A DNA stretch of 59,133 nt from Clostridia bacterium (GCA_045589295.1 JAZNOU010000014.1:1-59133), one strand, 5' to 3'; positions 9,934 to 19,992 are shown, numbered from the stretch's first letter. The notes: generated by a model not told the origin, from the letters alone. Numbers and translations are program-made.

Positions 9934-11052
9934 TCAGGCGCTGTAGCTTCCTAAATAGGTTATATCGTCAAGACTTGACAAAAGTGCAATAAGTTCGTCA
10001 GAGTGAGATGAAATTTCCATTTCAAAGCAGAACATAAATTCAAAATCTCTGCCTGGAATAGGTCTGCTTTCAATTTTTGTAAGATTTATTCCAAGTGCTG
10101 AAAATTTTGAAATGAGATGATAAAGTGAGCCTGGAGTGTGAGATGCACAAACAAGCAGGCTGAGTTTGTTCGCACCTTGATAAATTTCAAGATTTTTGGA
10201 AATAAGGATAAATCTTGTGTGATTGTTGTCGCTGTCTTGAATATTTTTTTGCAAAATATTAAGGCCATAAAGTGGGGCACACTCTGCTGACGCAATAGCT
10301 GCCACGTCATCTTTGCCACTTTCTTTTACAATTTGAGCAGCAATTGCAGTATTTGCACAAATTTCAACTTTTAATGAGTGTTTTTTGATAAATTCTTCGC
10401 ATTGGCCAATTGCTTGTTCGTGTGAATAAACTTTTTTTATTTTCTTAATGTCAGTTCCATTTGACAAAAGCGAATGGCTGATATGTAGCTTTTGCTCTTT
10501 AACGATATAAAATTTATATTTGTGCATAAGGTCGTAAACCTCTGAAACCGAGCCGTAAATGCTGTTTTCAACAGGTAAAATTCCGTATTTACAAAGTCCC
10601 TTGTCAACCGCATCAAAAACACCCTTAAAAGTTGAAAAATACATAATTGAAGGTGCGGTGAAAATCTTGTCGCACATTTGCTGAGAGTATGCACCTTCTG
10701 CTCCCTGACATGCAACAGTAGGTGCAGCGGGAAGTTTGTTTGGGGTTTCTTGTAAGGCGGTTTTAATTTTGTCGGCCAAATCATTTTGCTTATTTAAAGC
10801 AGTTGTCTGATGAGAACGGCTTACATCAAAGAGCGTGTTAAAAAGAATTTTGGTGTAAGAGGCAAGCTCTTCGGGATTTTGTGAGACCATTCGGTGCAAA
10901 ATTTCACGCTCTCTGCCCTGATTTAATATAGGGAGATTGTTTTCCGCCTTATATTTAGCGACAGATAAAACTGTCTCCATTCTCTTTTTGAAAAGTTCGT
11001 TTAACTGGTCATCTATTTTATCAATTTCATTTCTTATTTCTATTAAATCCAT
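9934..11052 (-). CDS. pheA: Chorismate mutase/prephenate dehydratase
   Basis: IRNEIDKID CM domain, QGAEGAYS, LPVENS, NHTRF, ACT INLTKIESRP. Confidence 0.95.
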   Translation of the reverse strand: MDLIEIRNEIDKIDDQLNELFKKRMETVLSVAKYKAENNLPILNQGREREILHRMVSQNPEELASYTKILFNTLFDVSRSHQTTALNKQNDLADKIKTALQETPNKLPAAPTVACQGAEGAYSQQMCDKIFTAPSIMYFSTFKGVFDAVDKGLCKYGILPVENSIYGSVSEVYDLMHKYKFYIVKEQKLHISHSLLSNGTDIKKIKKVYSHEQAIGQCEEFIKKHSLKVEICANTAIAAQIVKESGKDDVAAIASAECAPLYGLNILQKNIQDSDNNHTRFILISKNLEIYQGANKLSLLVCASHTPGSLYHLISKFSALGINLTKIESRPIPGRDFEFMFCFEMEISSHSDELIALLSSLDDITYLGSYSA

Positions 11053-11057
11053 ATAAA

Positions 11058-12155
11058 TTAATCCTTTCTTTTAAGGCGTTCGTCCTGTAAAAGCATATCG
11101 TAAATAACTATTGCGGAAACCGCCTCAACAACAGGTACTGCACGCTGAACAATGCAAGGGTCGTGTCTGCCTTTTATTTCTAAAATTGTATCTTTTTTTT
11201 CTTTTATATCTACGCTTTGCTGGGGAAGAGAAATAGATGGGGTAGGTTTGAATGCCACTTTGAAAGTAATTGGCATTCCGTTTGTAATTCCGCCTAAAAT
11301 TCCTCCTGAGTTATTTGTTTTTGTCTTTATTTTGCCCTGGTCAAAATAAAAATCGTCGTTGTTTTGGCTTCCGGTCAGTTCGCTTGCTTCAAAACCTGCA
11401 CCAAACTCAATTCCTTTAACTGCAGGGATTGAAAAAATTGCAGAAGAAATTTGATTTTCAACGCCGAAAAACATAGGCTCGCCGAGTCCTGCGGGAACGC
11501 CTGTGATACTGCATTCCACAATTCCGCCTACGGAATCTTTTTGCTCTTTATATTTTAATATTTCCTGTTTCATAATTTCGCCCTTTTGGTCATTTATAAC
11601 AGGAAAATCTTTTTTCCATACAGCTTCAAAATCGTTTAAGTTAACATCTGTGGCACTAAATTGGTCATCCTTTATGCCATGAACGGCATATATATGCGCA
11701 CCGATGAAAATTCCGCGTCTTGCCAAAATCTGTTTGATTATTCCTCCTGCAATACAAAGAGGAGCGGTAAGGCGTCCTGAAAATTTCCCTCCGCCTCTCA
11801 TATCCTCTTTTCCGTCATATTTTACATACGCGGTGTAGTCGGCGTGCCCGGGACGGGGGATAAATTGCAAATTGCCGTAATCTGCACTTTTAACATTTGT
11901 ATTTCTAATAATTGCGCGTATTTGTTCACCTGTTGTGATACCATCTGAAATACCTGTTATAAACTCTGGCAAATCGCTTTCCTTTCTTGGTGTTGAAAAC
12001 TCGTTGTTGCCGGGGGCGCGTCTTTTCATAAAGTCTAAAAGTTCATTATAATCAATCTTTTCGCCTTTTGGGAGATTGTTTATAACAACGCCGATTTCCG
12101 GTGCATGCGAAGCACCAAAAACGCTTATATTAAGAGCTTTTCCTAAATTAAACAT
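11058..12155 (-). CDS. aroC: Chorismate synthase
   Basis: RPGHAD, RGGGKFSGR, SGGILGGITNG, KPTPSI, GRHDPC. Confidence 0.97.
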   Translation of the reverse strand: MFNLGKALNISVFGASHAPEIGVVINNLPKGEKIDYNELLDFMKRRAPGNNEFSTPRKESDLPEFITGISDGITTGEQIRAIIRNTNVKSADYGNLQFIPRPGHADYTAYVKYDGKEDMRGGGKFSGRLTAPLCIAGGIIKQILARRGIFIGAHIYAVHGIKDDQFSATDVNLNDFEAVWKKDFPVINDQKGEIMKQEILKYKEQKDSVGGIVECSITGVPAGLGEPMFFGVENQISSAIFSIPAVKGIEFGAGFEASELTGSQNNDDFYFDQGKIKTKTNNSGGILGGITNGMPITFKVAFKPTPSISLPQQSVDIKEKKDTILEIKGRHDPCIVQRAVPVVEAVSAIVIYDMLLQDERLKRKD

Positions 12156-13335
12156 TTATCTTACCTCCCAGATTTTTAAAGTGTTCATAAAATGTAGGGT
12201 ATGATTTGTTTATTGAATATGCGTCCTTTATAATAACTTCGTTTTTGCAAATAGTTGAAGCAACTGCTGCACTCATTGCAATTCTGTGGTCGTTATAGCT
12301 ATTTATTGTTCCGCCGTCTAAAAAGCCTTTCCCGTAAATAGTTATGGAATTATCATCATACTCTGCCTTTCCACCCAGATTGTTTATCAGTTCACAGGTG
12401 GTTTTAACGCGGTCACTTTCTTTGATTTTAAGTCTTTTTGTATTTATAAATTTTGTAATCTTATTCAATCCGCATGCTGCTACGCATAAAACGGGTACAA
12501 TGTCGGGAATATCTTTTGCATCAATTTCGTCGGGCATAGGCAAAAGAGAAACTATTTTGCTGTCACGCTGGAGAGAATTGTCAAGTCCTGAAATTTTTAT
12601 GTTACTTCCTAAAAAGTTGCACACAATCCAAAATGCTGCATTTGACCAGTCGCCTTCAACATAAATTCTTTTGGGTGGGTTAAACTCGCCTTTTAATACT
12701 TCGTAATAATTTTCGCCTTTTATAACTTTTATTCCAAAATCATTTAAAGTTTTAACTGTCATATCCACATAACCCTCGGATTCCAAATGTGAGGTGAGAG
12801 TGATTTTTCCGCCTTTTTTTTGTGATGCGATTGCAAACAAAAGTCCCGAAATGTACTGTGAGCTTACGCTGCCTGGCATAAAAAATTCCTTTGTTGTATC
12901 AAGCTTTCCTTTGCAGGTGATAGGAAGTGAGTTTGAGCTTAATTCGCATCCCGCATTTTTCATTTCACTGACAAGCTCGGTAAAAGGTCTTTGGGGGAGT
13001 CTGCCTTCGCCGCAAAGCGTAAATTCTTCGCAAAAGCAGGCGCCAACAGGAAGGATAAATCTTGCAGTTGTACCGCTTTCGCCACAGTTTACAGTGGTGC
13101 AGTTTGTTTCACCAAGAGGGTAAACTGTAATAAATCCGTCATTTATTTTATAGTCGCCGCCAAATGCTTTTATGCATCTTAAGGTTGCTTTTATATCCTC
13201 TGAGATATTGTTTATGTAGATGTCTACGCTTGAGCCTGATAAGGCTGCAGCAAGTATAACTCTGTGAGCATCTGATTTTGAAGAAACGGCCTCTAAAGTT
13301 CCCGATAGCTTTGAGGGGGTAATCCTAACGTCCAT
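12148..13335 (-). CDS. aroA: EPSP synthase
   Basis: SKSDAHR, GESGTTARF, SSQYISG, KESDR, DHRIAM, KSYP; ATG at 13335 overlaps the aroB end. Confidence 0.95.
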   Translation of the reverse strand: MDVRITPSKLSGTLEAVSSKSDAHRVILAAALSGSSVDIYINNISEDIKATLRCIKAFGGDYKINDGFITVYPLGETNCTTVNCGESGTTARFILPVGACFCEEFTLCGEGRLPQRPFTELVSEMKNAGCELSSNSLPITCKGKLDTTKEFFMPGSVSSQYISGLLFAIASQKKGGKITLTSHLESEGYVDMTVKTLNDFGIKVIKGENYYEVLKGEFNPPKRIYVEGDWSNAAFWIVCNFLGSNIKISGLDNSLQRDSKIVSLLPMPDEIDAKDIPDIVPVLCVAACGLNKITKFINTKRLKIKESDRVKTTCELINNLGGKAEYDDNSITIYGKGFLDGGTINSYNDHRIAMSAAVASTICKNEVIIKDAYSINKSYPTFYEHFKNLGGKINV

Positions 13336-14380
13336 TTTCAATCAGCTCCTTTAAACTTTCAATAGGGATTTTGTGCAATATGCACTTGCCGATTTTTTCC
13401 ATAACTATAATTGTAATATCGCTTCCTGCACGTTTTTTGTCAGAAACTGCAGGACTATAAAGACTGTCTGCGTCAAAATCGCAATTGGTTGGAAGATTAT
13501 ATTTTTTAATAAGCTTTAAAAGCCTTTCTGCATCTTTCTTCGGCGTGATACCAAGTGCACACGAACCTTTTGTTATAATTGCCATTCCAATTGCTACTGC
13601 GTGGCCGTGTGTTGTTTCAAAGTTACTGCATTTTTCTACCGAGTGACCTATGGTGTGCCCAAAATTTAAAAGCTGACGAACACCTGTGTCAAATTCATCT
13701 TTTGAAACAACGATGTTTTTAAGTTCAATACATCTTACAATAATTTTCTCTAAATTATCTTTAATGTTACCGTTTTCAAAAAGTTCAAACAGTTCTTCGT
13801 CCATAATAGCACCGTACTTTATTGCTTCTGCGACACCATCATCGAAATAAAGGTCATCTAAGGTGTTTGTAAGAAGCGGGTCGCATATCACAAGCTCAGG
13901 TTGATAAAAAGCACCGATTAAATTTTTGCCTGCATCAAGATTAACTGCAGTTTTCCCGCCTACAGAAGAATCAATGGCAGCAAGAAAAGTCGTAGGAATT
14001 TGAATAAACTTTATTCCTCTCAAGTAAACTGATGCAGCAAATCCTGTAATATCACCTACAACACCGCCGCCAAGTGCTATAAAAAGGTCGGTGCGTGTCA
14101 AGTTGTTTTTTGCTGCAAATTCAGTGATATCAATTAAAGTTTTGTAGTTTTTTGAATGTTCACCTGCAGGAAAAGAAAACACAAAAATATCGCAAAAACC
14201 ATGGGATTTTAAATTTTCGACCAAAGAATTTGCATAAAGGGCATTTACTGTGGAGTCGGTCACTATCATAATTTTCCCTTTTGGGAATATATTTTTAACA
14301 AGTTGTCCCACGTTTTTAAAGCAACCACTTTCTACTAAAACGTCGTATTTTTTTGTTGCATTAATTTTGATAGTGTTCAT
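13325..14380 (-). CDS. aroB: 3-dehydroquinate synthase
   Basis: GGGVVGD, PTTFLAAIDSSVGGKT, LNFGHTIGH, HGHAVAIGM. Confidence 0.97.
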   Translation of the reverse strand: MNTIKINATKKYDVLVESGCFKNVGQLVKNIFPKGKIMIVTDSTVNALYANSLVENLKSHGFCDIFVFSFPAGEHSKNYKTLIDITEFAAKNNLTRTDLFIALGGGVVGDITGFAASVYLRGIKFIQIPTTFLAAIDSSVGGKTAVNLDAGKNLIGAFYQPELVICDPLLTNTLDDLYFDDGVAEAIKYGAIMDEELFELFENGNIKDNLEKIIVRCIELKNIVVSKDEFDTGVRQLLNFGHTIGHSVEKCSNFETTHGHAVAIGMAIITKGSCALGITPKKDAERLLKLIKKYNLPTNCDFDADSLYSPAVSDKKRAGSDITIIVMEKIGKCILHKIPIESLKELIENGR

Positions 14381-14460
14381 CAAAAAACCTCACTTTTTCA
14401 ATTTATAAAAGAAGCTGTCGCCTTTTGCAAGGCAGAACAGCATCTTGAAAAGTATATTTA

Positions 14461-15513
14461 TTATTCTGTTACTTCTCCGGTTTGAGCTTGAGTGTCCTGA
14501 CCTGCGGGAGTAACCTCTAAAGCTTCGTAATACTTGTTGGTTTTCTGTTTCATTTCAGCTTTCCAAGAGTCTACGAGGCCTGCATAGTTTACGTTGTTAA
14601 TAACGCCCGAAATGTATGGCTTAAACTGTTCATATTCATTACCTTCGCCGTGAAGGTCGTATCTTTTTATAATATGATAGCCGTAACTTGATTCAATAAC
14701 GCCTGAAACTTCGCCGTTTTTAAGATCTGCAGTAGCCTGTTCAAATTCTTCAACCATAATCGGAATACCTGATTGCTGGAACATTGAAAGCATAAGCTCG
14801 TCGTCTTTGAGTGTGGTTGAATGAGCGTTTAAGAATGTATAACCGTTCGGGCTTGTTTCAAGACCAGGGTCTTCTGAAAGGTTAACAAAATCCTCAAATG
14901 CGGCACCTTCGCTAATTTTTTTTGCAACTTCGTTTGCTTTAGCTTCTTTTTCTCTGATAACATCGTCAGAAAGCTTTGCGCTTGTCTGTGTGTCAACTGT
15001 AGAGAATAAAATGTGCTGTGATCTTAAGAAGTTGTTGTTGTAAAAATTAAGAACTACACTGTCTTCAACTTCTGTGAATAAGCCAAGTTCAGTAATGTTT
15101 TCATTAAGGTGTTCTACAAGAAGTGAAAGACGCATTATTTCCATATACTGTTCTTTGGTGATGCCAAGATTTTCAAATTCTTTTAAAAGCTGCTCTTCGC
15201 CACCGAACTGAGTGGTAAGCTCTTCAAGTTGAGATTTGATTGTTTCGTTATCTTCGTCCGTTACTGTGTATCCGTATTCCTTTGCTTTTGCAACAGAGGC
15301 TTTGAGGCTTGAGATTTCACTTAAAGCTTCTTCTTTCGGATACCCCATTTTCATAAGATAAATCATTTCATAAGCATAAATATCTTCACCGCCGATTGTG
15401 GCAACTGTAATATTTGTGTTTTTGTTGATTTCATCCATTGTAGCATTGCCACAACCAGTAAGTATACTTACTGAAAATACAATAGATAAAATTAAAGCAA
15501 ATATCTTTTTCAA
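14461..15513 (-). CDS. PrsA-like parvulin peptidyl-prolyl isomerase lipoprotein
   Basis: Lipobox LTGC; HIL, SEDPG, MVEEFE, ESSYGYHII. Confidence 0.85.
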   Translation of the reverse strand: MKKIFALILSIVFSVSILTGCGNATMDEINKNTNITVATIGGEDIYAYEMIYLMKMGYPKEEALSEISSLKASVAKAKEYGYTVTDEDNETIKSQLEELTTQFGGEEQLLKEFENLGITKEQYMEIMRLSLLVEHLNENITELGLFTEVEDSVVLNFYNNNFLRSQHILFSTVDTQTSAKLSDDVIREKEAKANEVAKKISEGAAFEDFVNLSEDPGLETSPNGYTFLNAHSTTLKDDELMLSMFQQSGIPIMVEEFEQATADLKNGEVSGVIESSYGYHIIKRYDLHGEGNEYEQFKPYISGVINNVNYAGLVDSWKAEMKQKTNKYYEALEVTPAGQDTQAQTGEVTE

Positions 15514-15580
15514 AATAATCTCTCCTTATAAATTGAATATAACTATTATATTGCAAAATCGTGATTTAGTCAATAGAAAA

Positions 15581-16030
15581 TTATTCGTGTTCAATTGTTT
15601 TTGAAGTGTTTTGAGGTCTTAATCTGAACAGCCATTCAGGGAAATGACGAAGGGGCGAGTTTACTTTCTTTGACAATCTTACAAACATCCACAAAAGCAG
15701 CCAGTATACAGAGAAGAAAATAAGCATTAGCATTAAAAGCATACGTGCTGCAGGGACGTATCCAAAGTTAATGGAAAAAACGATTATTGAAAGCATAAAG
15801 CATATAATACTGTGTAAAGTTCCTTTGATAATAAGGGGCGATGTAAAATGGAAAATAAAATTTAAAAGCCAAAAAAGTGCAATAAATTCTATCAAAAATA
15901 AAGTATTTTTAAAATTTATTTCGGGCACTTTAAAAATTGAATAAATTATCAGACATAAGCACATTGAAATGCCAGTGCAAATAAAAAGTCCGCACAGCGC
16001 ATCATATAGCCAAAGACCAAATTTTTTCAT
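15581..16030 (-). CDS. Hypothetical 4-TM membrane protein (possibly DUF3021-like)
   Basis: Four hydrophobic segments; GAGGTG RBS upstream. Confidence 0.65.
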   Translation of the reverse strand: MKKFGLWLYDALCGLFICTGISMCLCLIIYSIFKVPEINFKNTLFLIEFIALFWLLNFIFHFTSPLIIKGTLHSIICFMLSIIVFSINFGYVPAARMLLMLMLIFFSVYWLLLWMFVRLSKKVNSPLRHFPEWLFRLRPQNTSKTIEHE

Positions 16031-16157
16031 TCATAACACCTCATATAAATTTTAACATAAAAATTAATTTAGGTCAATTATTTGCAATAATGTGTATTTT
16101 GTGGTAAAATTATATACAGCAAATGTGTATAGGAAATGAATATATTGTGATATAAAA

Positions 16158-17333
16158 ATGATAACGGAGGAAAAAATGAAACTTGATACTGAAAATAAAT
16201 ATGTAAAAATATCTCTTTGTGCTTTTTTTGTGGTAGCAGCATCAATTGTTTTGTGGGCATGCATTAATAACGCGGGTCGTATTATAGGGGCGTTAGGTAT
16301 GGTGGTTGATATCATCAAACCGTTTATATATGGCTTTGTGATTGCATATATATTTAACTATCCTTATAAAAAGTTTATGAATTTATTTGATAAAATAAAA
16401 ACAAAAAAACCAATAAAGCGTGGCTTAAAGGTTACAGTTTGCCTGGTTCTGACCTATGTTTTGCTTTTGTCAGGACTTTCACTTTTTATGTACCTGGTAG
16501 TTCCTATGATAGTAAATGCCTTGATGGAACTTTTAGAGCTTGTGCCTGGATATGTTGAAAGTGCAAGAATTGAAACAGAAAGATGGCTCGCCTCATATTT
16601 GCTCAGATTTAATATTCCATCCACCACAATAGTCGAAATTATGGATAGCATAGTAAAAGAAGTTTCCAAGGGGTTTGATTGGCATACATCGGTGAGAAGT
16701 GTTGCGTCTTTTATAGTTTCAATGTCGGTTGAAGTCAAGAACTTTTTGCTTGGTGTTATTATTTCAATTTATCTTTTGGTTGACAAAAACAGATTTGTAG
16801 TTACAGGTAAAAAGCTGCTTTATTCAGTGGTCGGCAAGAAAAAAGGAGACAGGGTGTTAGATGTTTTATCATTTACTGATAAAACCTTTGGCGGATACAT
16901 CATTGCAAAAGTTGTCGATTCGTTGATTATAGGATTTATTTGCTACGTGGGTATGAATATTTTGAGATTAGACTATGCGGTTCTGATTTCAGTGATAGTG
17001 GGCATCACGAATATAATTCCGTTTTTTGGCCCGTTTATTGGTGCGATTCCTTCTATACTACTGCTCCTTGCAATCAGCCCGTGGCAAGCATTTGTTTTCG
17101 CTATATTTGTTTTGGTGCTCCAGCAGTTTGACGGAAATATTCTAGGTCCGAAGCTTTTGGGGGAATCAACAGGAATACGTGCAGTATATGTTGTTTTTGC
17201 AGTTATCGTGGGCGGAGGTTTGTTTGGGTTTATAGGTATGTTTGTGGGAGTTCCCTTGTTTGCCGTAACCTATGCGCTGATTTCCGAAGCAATTAATGAA
17301 AAGATAAAGTCGATGGACATAAAAATCGAGTGA
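16158..17333 (+). CDS. AI-2E (PerM) family transporter
   Basis: NIIPFFGPFIGAIP, LQQFDGNILGPK, GMFVGVP; true start may be ATG 16176 after GGAGG. Confidence 0.92.
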   Translation: MITEEKMKLDTENKYVKISLCAFFVVAASIVLWACINNAGRIIGALGMVVDIIKPFIYGFVIAYIFNYPYKKFMNLFDKIKTKKPIKRGLKVTVCLVLTYVLLLSGLSLFMYLVVPMIVNALMELLELVPGYVESARIETERWLASYLLRFNIPSTTIVEIMDSIVKEVSKGFDWHTSVRSVASFIVSMSVEVKNFLLGVIISIYLLVDKNRFVVTGKKLLYSVVGKKKGDRVLDVLSFTDKTFGGYIIAKVVDSLIIGFICYVGMNILRLDYAVLISVIVGITNIIPFFGPFIGAIPSILLLLAISPWQAFVFAIFVLVLQQFDGNILGPKLLGESTGIRAVYVVFAVIVGGGLFGFIGMFVGVPLFAVTYALISEAINEKIKSMDIKIE

Positions 17334-17423
17334 AACCTACGTACAAGCGGTGTTGTAAAATATATTTGTGCGATATTGCTCACCAAATGTCAAAAAAACG
17401 TAGAAAAAGACAAAAAAAAAGAC

Positions 17424-17451
17424 TTGCGTAATAAAAAATATGTGATATAAT
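17424..17451 (+). promoter_or_regulatory. Sigma-A promoter of the sugar ABC permeases
   Basis: TTGCGT-N16-TATAAT with extended TG. Confidence 0.6.
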
Positions 17452-17485
17452 GGTATAGTAACGAGTAATTTTAGGAGGGTTCGCT

Positions 17486-18442
17486 TTGGACACAATTAAC
17501 CAAACATCAGGTGCTGCAGTAGTTGCACCAAAGAAAAAACGACGCATTAAAAAAAGCCATTTGCAGCTTTACTCACTTTGCGTAATTCCCGTTCTTTTAG
17601 TTTTAGTATTTAACTATTTTCCACTCTATGGCCTTTTAATTGCATTTAAAGACTATAAATACAATAAAGGCATCATGGGGAGTGAATGGGTAGGATTTGA
17701 CAACTTTAAGTTCTACATTACATCAAACGATTTTACAAGAACAACATGGAATACGCTTGAACTTAACATAATTTTTATCACATGTGGTATTATAGCGGCA
17801 GTTTTGGTTGCTGTTTTACTCTTTGAAATTCAGAGCAGAAAAGCAGTTAAAACTTATCAGACTATTCTTATCACACCGCACTTTATGTCATGGATTATTG
17901 CCAGCTATATGGTTTACGCTATCTTAAGCCCTGAATACGGTATCTTAAACAGAATTATAACATTCTTTGGCGGCACAGCTATTCAGTGGTATTCAATTCC
18001 TGAACTCTGGACATGGATTTTGCTTGTGTGTTATGTGTGGAAAACCGTTGGTATGGACATGGTTGTTTACTATGCCGCTTTGATGGGTATTGACACATCA
18101 TTGTTTGAAGCCGCAAAAATCGACGGTGCTAATAAAGTTCAGATTGCGTGGTACATAACAGTTCCTACACTCGTTCCGCTTATTACCATTCTTACAATTC
18201 TTAAGATCGGTGGTATCTTCAGATCAGACTTTGGTTTGTTCTATCAGGTTCCGCGTGATATCGGTGCACTCTATCAGAGAACTGATACAATTGATACATA
18301 TATTTACAGAGTTATGAGACAGATTGGTGACATGAGTATGTCTTCTGCAATCGGTTTGCTTCAGAACGTGGTTGGTTTTACTATGGTTATGATTACTAAC
18401 GGTATTGCCAGAAAAATTGACCCGAGCAGAGCATTGTTTTAA
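17486..18442 (+). CDS. Carbohydrate ABC permease (LplB/CUT1 type)
   Basis: AGGAGG RBS, TTG start, WVGFDNF, PHFMSW, EAA motif EAAKIDGA. Confidence 0.92.
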   Translation: MDTINQTSGAAVVAPKKKRRIKKSHLQLYSLCVIPVLLVLVFNYFPLYGLLIAFKDYKYNKGIMGSEWVGFDNFKFYITSNDFTRTTWNTLELNIIFITCGIIAAVLVAVLLFEIQSRKAVKTYQTILITPHFMSWIIASYMVYAILSPEYGILNRIITFFGGTAIQWYSIPELWTWILLVCYVWKTVGMDMVVYYAALMGIDTSLFEAAKIDGANKVQIAWYITVPTLVPLITILTILKIGGIFRSDFGLFYQVPRDIGALYQRTDTIDTYIYRVMRQIGDMSMSSAIGLLQNVVGFTMVMITNGIARKIDPSRALF

Positions 18443-18459
18443 TAAGGGGGGCATATATA

Positions 18460-19341
18460 ATGGAAAGATCATCAAAAACTACTCAAATAATGCTCAACAT
18501 TTTGTTTGTAGTATTATCAATTTTATTCTTAATTCCGTTTATCATGCTTGTAAGTGCATCTTTGACGGAAGAAAAAGAAATCATTATGAATGGTTACAAT
18601 TTGTGGCCAAGAAAATTCAGTATCGAAGCATACAAGTATGTACTTAAAGACCCTACAGCGGTATTAAATGCCTATAAGACAACAATTACATTCTCTCTTA
18701 TAGTAATGGTTGTTGCAACATTACTTATGTCAATGGTTGCTTATCCGCTTACAAAAAGAGATTTAAAAGGTAGAATGCCACTTTCATTTTACTTCTATTT
18801 TACAACATTGTTTAGCGGCGGTCTTGTTCCTACATACATTCTTATTACACAGTATTTGCATCTTCAGGATACACTTTGGGTTTATATATTGCCCGGCATT
18901 ATCAGTCCTTGGTACATATTTATGTTAAGAACATTCTTCCAGGGATTACCTGAATCAATTACTGAAGCGGCACTCATTGACGGGGCATCAGAATATAGAA
19001 TATTCTTTACTATTATTCTTCCGCTTTCAAAACCGGTACTTGCAACGATTGCGCTCTTTATGTTCCTTTCTAAGTGGAATTCATGGATGGAATCAATGCT
19101 TTACATCAACAGAAGACAAGACCTTATCAGTTTGCAGTACTTATTGCAGAAGATTATGAGACAGATTACCTTCTTAAGAGAAAATTCAGATGTAAATCTT
19201 ACTCAGGATTTGGCATCACTTCCTAGTGAATCTGCAAGAATGGCAACAGCAATGCTCGTTGCAGGTCCTGCACTCGTTGTATTCCCGTTCTTCCAGAAGT
19301 ACTTCACAAGAGGTCTTACAGTTGGCGGCGTAAAAGGTTAA
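18460..19341 (+). CDS. Carbohydrate ABC permease (LplC/CUT1 type)
   Basis: FSGGLVPTYI, EAALIDGA, PFFQKYFTRGLTVGGVKG. Confidence 0.92.
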   Translation: MERSSKTTQIMLNILFVVLSILFLIPFIMLVSASLTEEKEIIMNGYNLWPRKFSIEAYKYVLKDPTAVLNAYKTTITFSLIVMVVATLLMSMVAYPLTKRDLKGRMPLSFYFYFTTLFSGGLVPTYILITQYLHLQDTLWVYILPGIISPWYIFMLRTFFQGLPESITEAALIDGASEYRIFFTIILPLSKPVLATIALFMFLSKWNSWMESMLYINRRQDLISLQYLLQKIMRQITFLRENSDVNLTQDLASLPSESARMATAMLVAGPALVVFPFFQKYFTRGLTVGGVKG

Positions 19342-19363
19342 TACAAAAAAAGATAGTTATTAT

Positions 19364-19401
19364 AAAAAAACAAGCACTCATAAACTTGGTGCTTGTTTTT
19401 T
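19364..19401. terminator. Intrinsic terminator, potentially bidirectional
   Basis: AAAAAAACAAGCAC...GTGCTTGTTTTTT. Confidence 0.75.
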
Positions 19402-19464
19402 ATTTAAATAGAAAAGAGCTGGCAGAAAATGTCAGCACTTTTTGTTTTAATTATGTTTATTTTA

Positions 19465-19665
19465 AATCATTCCTAAATCCTTTATAAGCGCAAGTTGGTT
19501 TAAAACCAAGGCGCTTGAATTATCTGGAACCTTATACAAAACTGCATCATGTAAAAGCTTTCTTTGCGACAGCGAAAGATAGGGGCAATTTTTCATATTT
19601 GAAAAGCTTAATGATGTTATATACCCTGTAAAGTTATCGTTTTGAAGGTTTCAAATAGAAATGAA
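19465..19665. ncRNA. Candidate structured non-coding RNA, family unknown
   Basis: Five nested complementary segments plus two internal hairpins and a possible pseudoknot in a gene-free gap; see findings. Confidence 0.45.
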
Positions 19666-19745
19666 TTGTATATTTCAAACAAATCAGCATCCTATTAAAA
19701 GGTAAATGTCAACACCAAATTTGTCGTAAAAATATCTTGTCGTTG

Positions 19746-19774
19746 TTGACAACATTACAAAATTATGGTATTAT
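19746..19774 (+). promoter_or_regulatory. Sigma-A promoter of the folT-fhs operon
   Basis: TTGACA-N17-TATTAT with extended TG. Confidence 0.8.
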
Positions 19775-19784
19775 AAATTTATTA

Positions 19785-19885
19785 AGCAAAGTAGAGTTTT
19801 GTGCGTTAAGTGAAGCAGGGACGGGAAGTTGTCCTGCTTACGAAAAGCGTGTACGCTTGCGGTGCAGAACTTGCATTCCGTTGCT
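19785..19885 (+). ncRNA. THF riboswitch aptamer
   Basis: AGCAAAGUAG...GCGUUAAGUG...GGACGGGAAGUUGUCC...ACGAAA...CUUGCGG...GCAUUCCGUUGCU, directly upstream of folT. Confidence 0.9.
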
Positions 19886-19905
19886 GCAATAAAGGCATTT
19901 AAATT

Positions 19906-19950
19906 AAAATACCTCTTTTGCGGCATTGCCAATAAAGAGGTTTTTTGTTT
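19906..19950 (+). terminator. Riboswitch expression-platform terminator
   Basis: ACCTCTTT...AAAGAGGT followed by TTTTTGTTT, between aptamer and folT. Confidence 0.75.
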
Positions 19951-19992
19951 AAAAACCTCTAAAACGACATATTTTATTTTTGGAGGTTTTTT

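Noticed and set aside
14400-14460. Possible T-box or attenuator upstream of aroB
   Set aside because: The spacer is under 80 bp with a single terminator-like hairpin; no T-box sequence.
19462-19596. 44-aa minus-strand ORF MKNCPYLSLSQRKLLHDAVLYKVPDNSSALVLNQLALIKDLGMI
   Set aside because: No RBS and no recognisable motif, and it lies inside the nested RNA-like fold; kept only as an alternative explanation.
19628-19645. Minus-strand CAAAACGATAACTTT resembles the start of a tmRNA tag frame (NDNF)
   Set aside because: No ALAA-type ending, no tRNA-like acceptor or T-arm, and the region is too short.
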